Shown: positions 30,384 through 39,900 of the stretch, in pieces
How positions within the stretch are numbered: position 1 is the stretch's first letter
How the letters are laid out: each line of letters starts with the position of its first letter
DNA from: Chloroflexota bacterium
Lineage (GTDB): Bacteria; Chloroflexota; Anaerolineae; UBA2200
NCBI GenBank assembly: GCA_014360905.1
Contig: JACIWW010000001.1
Coordinates: 146,692-210,691 of the forward strand
Length of the DNA: 64,000 nt
Direction: 5' to 3'
Translations under genes and position numbers: made by a program
The notes under the pieces: generated by a model
Told to the model about the DNA's origin: nothing
The model's database searches: none
What the model saw: only the letters and a program-made list of their open reading frames with translations

Positions 30384-32078
30384 ATGAACTCGAAGCTCTT
30401 CCATCCCTTGCATTGGGGGTGGGCAGTGGCTATCATCCTGGTTGCCTGTCAGCATGTTCCGGCGACGCCAACTTCCATGCCGCCTACGGCAGAACCGACC
30501 GCCACCCTAGTTCCGACGCCCACCTATCAGCCTTTTGTCCCCACAGCCACACCCATCCCGGCTGTCACAGCCCCCGCATGGGGAGAGGATACCATCCTGT
30601 ACCTTATTCTCCTGGCTAGTTTCTACGACTCTGATGGCGATGGCATTGGGGACTTGAACGGACTGACTGCAAAACTGGACTATTTGAACGATGGTAACCC
30701 TAACACAGACGATGACCTGGGAATCAATGCTATCTGGCTGATGCCCATCTTCGCAGCCGCCAGTTACCATGGTTACGATACGACCGACCACTTCCAGATA
30801 CGACCAGAGTATGGCAGTCAGGAAGACCTCATCCGCTTAGTAGAGGAGTGCCATAGGCGCGGCATCCGCGTGCTGCTGGATTATGTCATGGCACATATGT
30901 CCAACCAGCACCCCTTCTTCCAGGATGCCTATGGCAACCTGTCCTCTCCTTACGCCGACTGGTTCATCTGGTATGATGAGGCGCACACGCGTTACAAATC
31001 CTTCGCCAATATCCCTATCGTGCCCTCGATAAATGGAGATTGCCCTGCGGTGCAAGAGTATGCGCTGCGCGTGGCCCAGTACTGGATGGATTTGGATGGG
31101 GATGGAGACCTGAGCGATGGCGTGGACGGCTTCCGTTGCGATTACGCTTTGGGTCTGTCACACACCTTTTGGAAGAACTTGCGCCGTGGAATTAAAACGT
31201 TGCGGCCAGACTTTCTATTGCTAGGTGAAGTATGGAGCAATGCACCAGATATCGCCAGGTATTACCAAGACGAATTCGATAGCACCTTTGATTTTCCACT
31301 GTATTACATGCTGGCTGGCCACCAGGATACCGTGGGGCGTGGTGTGCTGGGCGGCACGGACAAGCCCGGTTTCATCCATGCCTCACTGGTGCAGCGTGCC
31401 AAATTGTATCCGTGGGGTGCGCAGAACGTGATCTTTCTGAACAACCACGACACGAACCGCGTGATGAGCAATGTGCAGGGCGACGTGCAACGGGCGAAAC
31501 TGGGAGCCACGCTCTTGTTCACCCTGCCGGGAACGCCGCTTGTCTATTACGGAGAAGAAATTGGCATGGCAGGGGTCAAGGGCAAAGGGCAGCCTTATTG
31601 GGACGAGTACCGTCGCGAGCCAATGGACTGGTATGCAGCTGAAGAAGGAGCGGGCATGACGACCTGGTTCCGTCCAACCGACCGTAACAATCGCCCCCAC
31701 GATGGCATCTCAGTGGAAGAACAGCAGAGCGACCCAAACTCACTGCTCAGCCATTACCGGCGCTTGATTCGCCTGCGTCAATCCTACTCAGCATTGCGTA
31801 GAGGCAGTTATGAGCGCGTAACAGTCGAAGAGGAATCTTCATACGTTTACGCCTATATGCGCCAGGATACTCAGGCTCACTTGCTGATCGTGCTCAATTT
31901 CGCTCGGGAACCAAAGCAGGCAACGCTTGACCTGGGTGCTTCGACATTGCCCGCACCGCCATGGGTAGTGTCCGACCCTCTGAGCCAGCGCACATTCCCC
32001 CCTATCACAGAGGATACGTGGACGCTTGAGTTGCAGGCACAAGAGGGGCTAGTTTTGGAACTGCATAGACCGCATTGA
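30384..32078 (+). CDS. Secreted/lipoprotein GH13 alpha-amylase family glycoside hydrolase
   Basis: Signal sequence with Cys (ILVACQH), a Pro/Thr linker, and DGDGIGDLNGLTAKLDYL...GINAIWLMPIF...GFRCDYA...NHD as the GH13 conserved regions. Confidence 0.8.
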   Translation: MNSKLFHPLHWGWAVAIILVACQHVPATPTSMPPTAEPTATLVPTPTYQPFVPTATPIPAVTAPAWGEDTILYLILLASFYDSDGDGIGDLNGLTAKLDYLNDGNPNTDDDLGINAIWLMPIFAAASYHGYDTTDHFQIRPEYGSQEDLIRLVEECHRRGIRVLLDYVMAHMSNQHPFFQDAYGNLSSPYADWFIWYDEAHTRYKSFANIPIVPSINGDCPAVQEYALRVAQYWMDLDGDGDLSDGVDGFRCDYALGLSHTFWKNLRRGIKTLRPDFLLLGEVWSNAPDIARYYQDEFDSTFDFPLYYMLAGHQDTVGRGVLGGTDKPGFIHASLVQRAKLYPWGAQNVIFLNNHDTNRVMSNVQGDVQRAKLGATLLFTLPGTPLVYYGEEIGMAGVKGKGQPYWDEYRREPMDWYAAEEGAGMTTWFRPTDRNNRPHDGISVEEQQSDPNSLLSHYRRLIRLRQSYSALRRGSYERVTVEEESSYVYAYMRQDTQAHLLIVLNFAREPKQATLDLGASTLPAPPWVVSDPLSQRTFPPITEDTWTLELQAQEGLVLELHRPH

Positions 32079-32191
32079 CCAATTCACCAGCACACTCACA
32101 GTGTAGGAATGAAGCAGCATGTCAACTTTACGCCTGCAAACATATTGTATGAACTTGCTGATTGAAACACACTTTCATCGGAGGCGCAGAT

Positions 32192-33973
32192 TTGGAAGAC
32201 TTTATCTTTGGCACGACCTCGCTTACTGATCAGATTGTCAAAGAACACCAAACATCCCTGCGTGGCTTGTGGCATGGGCATCGCATCGAACCGCTGGACC
32301 CGCTGCCCGGACAACCAGTACGCCTACGCCTGCGAGTGGGACCGCAGATCACTGCACAGGGAGTCTGGTGCTACTACACCATTGATGGACGCGAACCCAA
32401 GGGTCAGAATGGAATAGCCACGGTGGGCACAGCCATACCGTTGCACCGGGTGAACATTCACTGGGAAGACCTCGTCTGGAATTATGTCGAGGAATGGGAA
32501 GGAGAGATCCCAGGACAACCAGAAGGGACTCTGGTACGGTACAATCTGGAAGCAAACGGTCAGTATGCCTCTGGCGGCGAAGGTTCAACCACCGAAACAC
32601 CCATCTTCGCCTATGCTGTTGACCGCTGGACTGCTCCAGATTGGGCATGGGATGCCATTATCTATCATATCTTCTTGGATCGCTTCTATCCCGGGGATGG
32701 GCAAACATATATCCAGACCGATGATCTAGAAGAGATCATGGGCGGTACACTGGTCGGAGTGAGACAGAAATTGCCATACGTGAGAGACTTGGGTTTCAAT
32801 TGCATCTGGCTGTCGCCTATCTATGCTTCGCCCAGTTATCACCGCTACGATGCGACAGACTACTATCGCGTAGCAGAAGCCTTAGGCACCAATGAAGACC
32901 TGCACGAGTTGGTCGCTGAAGCGCACAGCTATGGCATGCGCGTCATCCTAGATTTTGTGGCGAACCACGCCTCTAATCAGCATCCATTCTTCCACGCTGC
33001 ACAGGCAGACCGCCAGAGTCCTTACTGCTCTTGGTACACGTTTGAGCGGTGGCCAGACAAATACAAAGCTTTCTTTGGCATCAAGCAGGTACCGCAGTTC
33101 AACTTGGAATACGCACCTGCACGACAATACATGCTCGAGGTAGCGCGATATTGGATGCGCGAGCACGGCGTGGATGGCTACCGGCTGGACTATGCTTTGG
33201 GGCCATCGCGCAATTTTTGGACCGACTTTCGCCGTGCGGTGCGTTCCGTGCGCGCCGATGGCCTCACTTTCGCCGAGGCAGTGACTCCGCCTGAAATGCT
33301 GCGCACATTCGCAGGGCGGGTGGATGGCTGCTTAGATTTCACCTGGTGCGAGGAAGCACGGCGAACTTTTGCCACCGGAAAGCAGACGGTGGCCGACTTT
33401 GAGCGCTTTCTCGAACGGCACGAATCCTATTTCGGACGGGGATTGATTTTGCTGACTTTCTTGGACAACCACGACATGAACCGCTTCCTGTGGATGGCAG
33501 GTGGGGACAAGCGCCGCTTGCGCGTCGCTGCTGCCTGCCAGTTCACCCTCAGCCAGCCACCCATCGTCTACTATGGCACAGAAGTAGGGCTCAGCCAACC
33601 CGCCGATTCCCGCAATCACTTGCAATATGTCCGCTTGCCCATGATCTGGGACGAAGAGCAGGACCACGAACTAATGGAAGGGTACCGGCGCCTGTGCGCC
33701 GCCCGCCACGCCCATCCTGCCCTACGCCGTGGCGACAGGATACCCACTCTGAGCGATGGAGCGAATGGTTTGCTCGTCTACCGCAAGGTCAAGGATGAGG
33801 ATTCGTGCTGTATCATCCTACATGCTGCGGAGGGCAAGGCGCAAGTGGATCTACATCTTGCCCCAGGGCTCTACCGAGACCTGCTCACTGATAGAGAATA
33901 TAGAGCAAAGGGGGGCTCTCTGCGCGTCAAGCTCGAGCCTTGGGCTGCTGCTATTCTCGTCCCTACCCACTAA
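32192..33973 (+). CDS. Intracellular GH13 family enzyme with N-terminal accessory domain (neopullulanase/cyclomaltodextrinase-like)
   Basis: LGFNCIWLSPIY..YHRYDATDYY...GYRLDYA...FLDNHD. There is no ATG before residue about 190 of the ORF. TTG at 32192 sits 7 nt after GGAGG; the alternative is TTG at 32162, immediately after a stop and without an RBS. Confidence 0.7.
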   Translation: MEDFIFGTTSLTDQIVKEHQTSLRGLWHGHRIEPLDPLPGQPVRLRLRVGPQITAQGVWCYYTIDGREPKGQNGIATVGTAIPLHRVNIHWEDLVWNYVEEWEGEIPGQPEGTLVRYNLEANGQYASGGEGSTTETPIFAYAVDRWTAPDWAWDAIIYHIFLDRFYPGDGQTYIQTDDLEEIMGGTLVGVRQKLPYVRDLGFNCIWLSPIYASPSYHRYDATDYYRVAEALGTNEDLHELVAEAHSYGMRVILDFVANHASNQHPFFHAAQADRQSPYCSWYTFERWPDKYKAFFGIKQVPQFNLEYAPARQYMLEVARYWMREHGVDGYRLDYALGPSRNFWTDFRRAVRSVRADGLTFAEAVTPPEMLRTFAGRVDGCLDFTWCEEARRTFATGKQTVADFERFLERHESYFGRGLILLTFLDNHDMNRFLWMAGGDKRRLRVAAACQFTLSQPPIVYYGTEVGLSQPADSRNHLQYVRLPMIWDEEQDHELMEGYRRLCAARHAHPALRRGDRIPTLSDGANGLLVYRKVKDEDSCCIILHAAEGKAQVDLHLAPGLYRDLLTDREYRAKGGSLRVKLEPWAAAILVPTH

Positions 33974-33992
33974 AGGAACACAAGGAGCACAT

Positions 33993-35060
33993 ATGTTCAA
34001 AGACATTCTCTACTACAAACCCGCTCTCTATGAAGTGATCGAACGCTATAAACGGCTCTATGCGGCACAGGGGCCAGGGCATATCTGCATCTACGCCACC
34101 CCACCATTCGAGCCACCCGAAAAGGCTCCTCCACTGACCGAAGTAAGCCTAGACGAGGGGCTGGAGGATTACCTTGACCTTTGCCTACGCAACTATGAGG
34201 CCATGCTGGAAGTGACCAGAGCCATACCAGATGACCTCATCCCCGGCTTTGGGCTGTTCTTCGGCATCGGCGATTACAGCGCTTTTGTTGCCGGAGAAGT
34301 GATTTTCACGCCGGACACCTCCTGGGCTGCACCCGTGCTCCACGACTGGGCAGATCTGGATGAACTTGCCTTGCGCGAGGACAATTATTGGGTACGTTTG
34401 CTGGAGCGCGCCGTTCGTTATGCAGTGGAGCGCATGCGCTCTGCACCCATACCCCTTGTGCGAGGCTACTACTCGCCGTTGGACCTCGCTCATGCCCTGC
34501 GCGGCGAACGCCTCTTCACCGATTTTTTCGATGCTCCAGAGCAGGTGCATCGGCTGATGGCATTCTGCACCAAGGCTACCATCTGGATTGCCAAGAGACT
34601 GCAGGCATTGATCGGTTACTACTGGGAAGGCAGCATTGCTGGTGCCTGGCTGCCAGCGGGCACCATCTGCATGTCGGAGGATATCGCCTGCATGGTCTCT
34701 CCGCACATCTACGCCCAGTTCGCTCGCCCTTACACGCAGCAGGTAATTGATGCCTTTGGGCATGGCCAGATTCATACGCATTCCCTGGGGATGCATGTCC
34801 TTCCAGAGATAACCCAACTGCGCAACCTGGTCGGCGTGCAGGTGTCCGATGACCCCAATACCCCGCGCCCCTTTGACCATTTGGACACCCTGTTGCCCAA
34901 GACTCACAACGTGCCTCTTTCCATCGGATGCACCGGAGAGGACGTGCGACAACGCATCGAGGGTCTGGCAAGGAGCACGAACATCATCCTGGCCAGCAAC
35001 GTGTCCAGCGTGGAAGAAGGGCAGGAAATAGTGGCCCTGGTGCGGCAATTCTCCGCTTGA
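33993..35060 (+). CDS. URO-D/MtaA-like family protein (paralog 2)
   Basis: 355 aa. YYSPLDLAHALRGERLFTDFFDAPEQVHRLMAFCTKATIW is a URO-D-like segment. ATG preceded by AAGGAGCAC. Confidence 0.5.
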   Translation: MFKDILYYKPALYEVIERYKRLYAAQGPGHICIYATPPFEPPEKAPPLTEVSLDEGLEDYLDLCLRNYEAMLEVTRAIPDDLIPGFGLFFGIGDYSAFVAGEVIFTPDTSWAAPVLHDWADLDELALREDNYWVRLLERAVRYAVERMRSAPIPLVRGYYSPLDLAHALRGERLFTDFFDAPEQVHRLMAFCTKATIWIAKRLQALIGYYWEGSIAGAWLPAGTICMSEDIACMVSPHIYAQFARPYTQQVIDAFGHGQIHTHSLGMHVLPEITQLRNLVGVQVSDDPNTPRPFDHLDTLLPKTHNVPLSIGCTGEDVRQRIEGLARSTNIILASNVSSVEEGQEIVALVRQFSA

Positions 35061-35112
35061 TCTGAGGGGAGCAACAGGTGCAGCCGCGCTTACGCCCTTT
35101 GTAGGAGGAGCA

Positions 35113-36186
35113 TTGGAATACAAAGAAGATTGGGAACAGGCCAAAGAGCACTTGATTGCCTTTTGGAATGGTTCCGCCATTCAGCGGGCAACTTTGCAGA
35201 TCTACGCACCGCGCGATGTGGCACTCCCGGGACCAAAACCACCGACCACTCCACAAGATCCGACGCAATTGTGGACAGACCCGGATTACCTCATCGCGGC
35301 AGCAGACCATCACTTTCGCACCCAGTACTTTGGAGCGGAAGCTGTCCCATCGCACTGGATTAACCTGGGCCCAGGAATCATGGCTACCTACTTGGGCTCG
35401 CGTCCTACTTTTGCCCCTGACACAGTTTGGTATGGCCCTATCGCATACGAATACGAACGCCCCCTCCTTCAGGAGGAGGACAATCGCTGGTGGCAACTGA
35501 CTAAGGACCTGACTCGCCTTTCTTGCGCATTCTTCGCCGGGAAAGCCCTAACCGGTATCACCGACCTGGGAGGCTGCACGGATGTACTGGCAAGTCTGCG
35601 CACTACAGAGGCTTTGCTTCTGGACATGGTTGGTCGTCCAGAGCAAGTGCAGCAGGCAGTCATCGAACTGGCTCACATCTGGGTTCATTGCTACAATGAG
35701 CTGTATGCAATGGTGGAAGAAAATGACCAGGGCAGCATCCAATGGCTCGGAGTTTGGGCGCCAGGCAAGATGTACAATGTGCAATCCGATCTATCCTGCA
35801 TGATCTCGCCAGCCATGTTCAACTCCTTTGTAGTCCCCGAATTGGAGATCGTGCTCTCCAATCTAGACTTTGCGCTTTACCACCTGGACGGCCCAGGTGC
35901 GATCAAGCATCTCGACCGCCTGCTGGAGATACCCAACCTAAAAGGCATCCAGTGGACGCCTGGTGAGGGACAACCGCCCGTCTCAGAGTGGATACCTATG
36001 TACCGACGCATCCAGAAGGCAGGCAAACTCCTGCATTTGCACGGCGAGGCACGCTATGCAGAGCGCGTGCTGAGGGCACTCGAGCCAGAAGGACTGATGT
36101 ACGTTACTTGGTGTGAGACCCAGACCGAAGCCGAGGATCTCATGCGCAAGGCAGAATCCTGGGCGGCAGGTCCACGCCGGGATTGA
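35113..36186 (+). CDS. URO-D/MtaA-like family protein (paralog 3)
   Basis: 357 aa. GGCTDVLASLRTTEALLLDMVGRPEQVQQAVIELAHIW is equivalent to the paralog-2 segment. TTG start after AGGAGGAG. Confidence 0.5.
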   Translation: MEYKEDWEQAKEHLIAFWNGSAIQRATLQIYAPRDVALPGPKPPTTPQDPTQLWTDPDYLIAAADHHFRTQYFGAEAVPSHWINLGPGIMATYLGSRPTFAPDTVWYGPIAYEYERPLLQEEDNRWWQLTKDLTRLSCAFFAGKALTGITDLGGCTDVLASLRTTEALLLDMVGRPEQVQQAVIELAHIWVHCYNELYAMVEENDQGSIQWLGVWAPGKMYNVQSDLSCMISPAMFNSFVVPELEIVLSNLDFALYHLDGPGAIKHLDRLLEIPNLKGIQWTPGEGQPPVSEWIPMYRRIQKAGKLLHLHGEARYAERVLRALEPEGLMYVTWCETQTEAEDLMRKAESWAAGPRRD

Positions 36187-36235
36187 AATGGCCTGGGGTG
36201 GGCGCGGCAGTGCTGATGACATACTCAACACTCCA

Positions 36236-36253
36236 GGCGGACAACAGTCCGCC
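36236..36253 (+). terminator. Hairpin GGCGGAC-aaca-GTCCGCC after the URO-D paralog 3 stop
   Basis: Perfect 7-bp GC-rich stem with a 4-nt loop followed by GTTATAGG. Confidence 0.35.
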
Positions 36254-36386
36254 GTTATAGGGGCAAATTGCGTATTCGCCCTGTCCACCAACCGCCATGC
36301 GCACAAGTCAATTTGTATCCAACGGCAAGAGAGAGTAAACTACCCATAGACGAAAATCACATCACTCGCTAAGGACTTGTTTTGCC

Positions 36387-36854
36387 ATGGAGAAGCAACC
36401 CAATTCGCGCACTTGTTTTGTCTGTGGCCGCCAAAACCCAGTGGGGTTGAAAGTAAGTTGGTACAATGACCATGCCACCCAGCGAGTTCAGGCCACTGTC
36501 GCCATTCCAGAGCACTTCAATGGTTATCCAGGCATTGTGCATGGCGGTATCATTGCCGCACTCCTAGATGAAACCGCAGGGCGTGCCCTGCTTCTGGATG
36601 GCGATGACCGCAACCTAATGGTAACGCTCAAGTTGGAGGTAAAATATCGCAGGCCAGTTCCCACTAGCCAACCCGTGACCTTGTATGGTTGGGGCACCCA
36701 ACGCACATCCAACAGGGCCAGAGTTGCTGCCAACCTCTTGCTCCCCGATGGAACTATTGCAGCAGAAGCAGAAGCCATCCTGGTACGACCACCACAAGAG
36801 TTCTTCGACCGCTGGGAACCGGAGAAACCCTTCTGGCGCGTATACGAAGATTGA
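36387..36854 (+). CDS. PaaI/4HBT-type hotdog-fold thioesterase
   Basis: 155 aa. CFVCGRQNPVGLKV...GIVHGGIIAALLDETAG is the PaaI family signature. Confidence 0.7.
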   Translation: MEKQPNSRTCFVCGRQNPVGLKVSWYNDHATQRVQATVAIPEHFNGYPGIVHGGIIAALLDETAGRALLLDGDDRNLMVTLKLEVKYRRPVPTSQPVTLYGWGTQRTSNRARVAANLLLPDGTIAAEAEAILVRPPQEFFDRWEPEKPFWRVYED

Positions 36855-36948
36855 CAGGGTATCAACCCACTGCAGGCCTTCAAAACGGGAACAAACCTGC
36901 GTATTTAGGCGTCAGAGATACGCAATGTCTAGTTTTGAGGAGGCGGCT

Positions 36949-39900
36949 ATGTTGGATTATACTCCACAGCGCAATGCGTTCTTTGGGCATCGTGCGGCGG
37001 TACGGAGATACGCTCACGCTCTATTGTCATTTCTGCTCATAACAGGCATGGTGGGGTGTGTTGCGCCTGCGACACCCATGCCAACCAAAGTCCCAGTTGT
37101 CACTGGCGAGTATGGGCTGACCATGGTCCGACCCGCCACTCTGCTCGTTACAGAAGGATGCACAGGCGGCATGCGTTTCGCACTTAGCCAGGGTTCGGAA
37201 GTACCCATTCAACCAGTTCCTGTACCGCTAGCAGAGACAGAGCCTCTGTCCCCAGAGGAAGCACAGGCCGTGTTGAACAGGCTGCCCCCGCTTGCGGACA
37301 GACCTGAGGATAGGCAAGAATTTCGCTTGCCACCAGAGACGCTGCCTGCGCCACGCCCAGGCGAGACGATCCAACAGCCCTTCCCACCGTCTGTTGAAAT
37401 GCAACCTAGTGAGCAACCACCTGCTGGCCCATTGAGAGTGCTCCGTTACAGCCCCGAGGGCAATGTGGAGTTGGCTCCTTTCCTCAGCATCACCTTCGAC
37501 CAACCAATGGTGCCTCTCACTGACCACGCCGAACTGGCGGCAAAGGAAGTGCCGGTCAAACTGTCGCCTTTGCCCCAGGGGTCCTGGCGCTGGGTGGGCA
37601 CCAAGACCCTCGTTTTCCAGCCGACCGTCCGCTTCCCCATGGCCACCATCTACACGGTGGAAATCCCCGCCGGCACTACTTCAGCCATCGGCGGCAGGCT
37701 GGAAGAAACCGTTTCGTGGACCTTTACCACGCCGCCGCCACGCGTAGTGTCGACGCATCCCGCAGAAGGTCCTCAAGTGCGCAATCCATTGATATTCGTT
37801 GCTTTCGACCAGCGCATTGATCCTTCTGCCGTATTGGAAACAATCAAGGTCAAGGCAGGCGGCAAAGTGTTCCCCACCATGCTGGCCAAGAAAGAGGAAG
37901 TAGAGGCGGACGAGACGGTTGCCCGTCTGGCAAAAGATGCTGGCGAAGGACGCTGGCTGGCCTTCCGTTGCTCAGACTTGTTGCCCTATGACACTACCGT
38001 TACCGTGGACATTGGCCCCGGTACGCCGTCAGCGGAAGGCCCTCTGATCACGGATAGCGTGCAGAGCTTCACCTTCACCACGTACGGGCCATTGCGTGTC
38101 GTGGAATCCAATTGTGGCTGGGGGGATGAATGTCGCCCCATGATGCCTTGGTACATCCGTTTCAGCAATCCGCTGAACGGGGAAGTCTTTGATGAATCCC
38201 TGGTGCAGATTGAACCGGAATTGCCCGGAGGAAAGCTCTCCATCATAGGCAACACCTTGCAAATCGAGGGACGCTCCAAAGGGCGGACGACTTACAAAGT
38301 AACGCTGAAAGCGGGCATCGCTGACCAGTTCGGGCAAACTCTAGGCAAAGACACAATCGTTACCTTCCAGGTCGGCTCAGCCGAACCGTCCATGTACGTC
38401 TCCTGGGAAAACCTCGCTGTTGTGGATCCCGCCGGCAAGCCAACGTATTCCATTTTCACCATCAACTACAACACAGTGACGGTGAAAGCCTACGCAGTGA
38501 AGCCAGAGGATTGGCTCAGTTACCTGGAGTATCTGCAGGAAGCCAGCCGTCGCGACCAGCCCCGTGAGCCACCGGGCCGTAAAGTATTGGATGAGCAGGT
38601 ACGTGTCGCTGGCGAGTTGGACACCCTCACTGAGACTTCTATTGACCTGACACGCGTGCTGGAAGGCGGAAAGGGGCATGTCATCCTGATCATAGAAGCG
38701 GGTCAGCCCTCCGTGTCAATCTCTGCGGATCGGGATTGGAAACCAGTGATCCGCGTCTGGGTGCAGGTGACCAACATTGGCTTGGATGCTTTTGTGGACA
38801 GTCAGCAAATGATTGCCTGGGCCAACTCGATCCAAGATGGAACTCCGCTGCAAGGAGTAGAATTGACCCTCTTCCCAGGAAAAGTTAGTGCCAAGACCAG
38901 CCCTGACGGATTGGCTAGGTTACCCCTGCCCTCCAAGGAGGAGAAAAACGGTTATCTCATTGCCCAGCTTGGTGATGACACTGCTATTTTGCCTCGCAGC
39001 ACCAGTTGGTGGGACATTGGCTGGCGTTATGTAGAATCAGTAGACCAGCCGCGTTGGTACGTTTTCGATGACCGCCAGATGTACCGCCCCGGCGAGGAAG
39101 TCCATGTCAAAGGTTGGGTTCGCTTGGTCGGCATGAGCGAGGGCGCCGATGTGCTGACTGCACCTCCAAAGGGCACGCCTGTTTCTTATCAGGTGGTTGA
39201 TTCCCGCGATAACCAACTCCTGGCCGGCACACTATACCTGAATGCCCTCGGCGGGTTTGACACATCGTTCAAACTGCCAGAAAACATGAACTTGGGCTAT
39301 GCCAATCTACGCTTGGCTTTAGGCGGCGCAGTAGCAAGCGGGGCAGAGCACTACCATACATTTCAGGTTCAGGAATTCCGGCGTCCAGAATTTGAGGTTT
39401 CCACTAGCATCAGCGAAGGTCCCTACTTCGTTGGGGAACATGCCACTGCCACAGTCGAAGCCAAGTACTATGCGGGGGGGCCGTTGGCCAATTCCGAGGT
39501 TATCTGGAACGTAACCTCGCAGCCGGGGACCTACAGACCACCTAATTGGGATGACTTCACCTTCGGTATCTGGGTACCTTGGTGGCGCGGTTTTCCCCGC
39601 TGGGGCATCCCGGAGCCCGTGACTATCCGCTCTCAAACCTTTACTGGCGTTACCGATGCAGCGGGCAAGCACAATCTGCGCATTGACTTCGAGGCAGTTG
39701 ACCCTCCGCAGCCAAATAATGTCACAATAGAAGCCTCGGTCATGGATGTCAACCGCCAGGCCTGGTCTGCCTCCTCGCAGATTCTAGTACATCCCGCCGA
39801 CCTGTACGTGGGCTTGCGCACCAGCGCCACTTTTTACGAGAAAGGCAAGCCTATCAAAGTAGATGCCATCGTCACAGATCTGGATGGCAAAACCATAGCC

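Noticed and set aside
34185-35180. 331-aa ORF antisense to URO-D paralog 2
   Set aside because: Long antisense ORFs are common at this GC content. It has no RBS or domain signal, while the sense-strand gene has an RBS and a family match.
36685-36948. 5' extension of the A2M ORF (ORF track start 36685)
   Set aside because: It would overlap the PaaI thioesterase gene by 170 nt in another frame. The ATG at 36949 has a GAGGAGG RBS and is followed by a canonical lipoprotein signal peptide.
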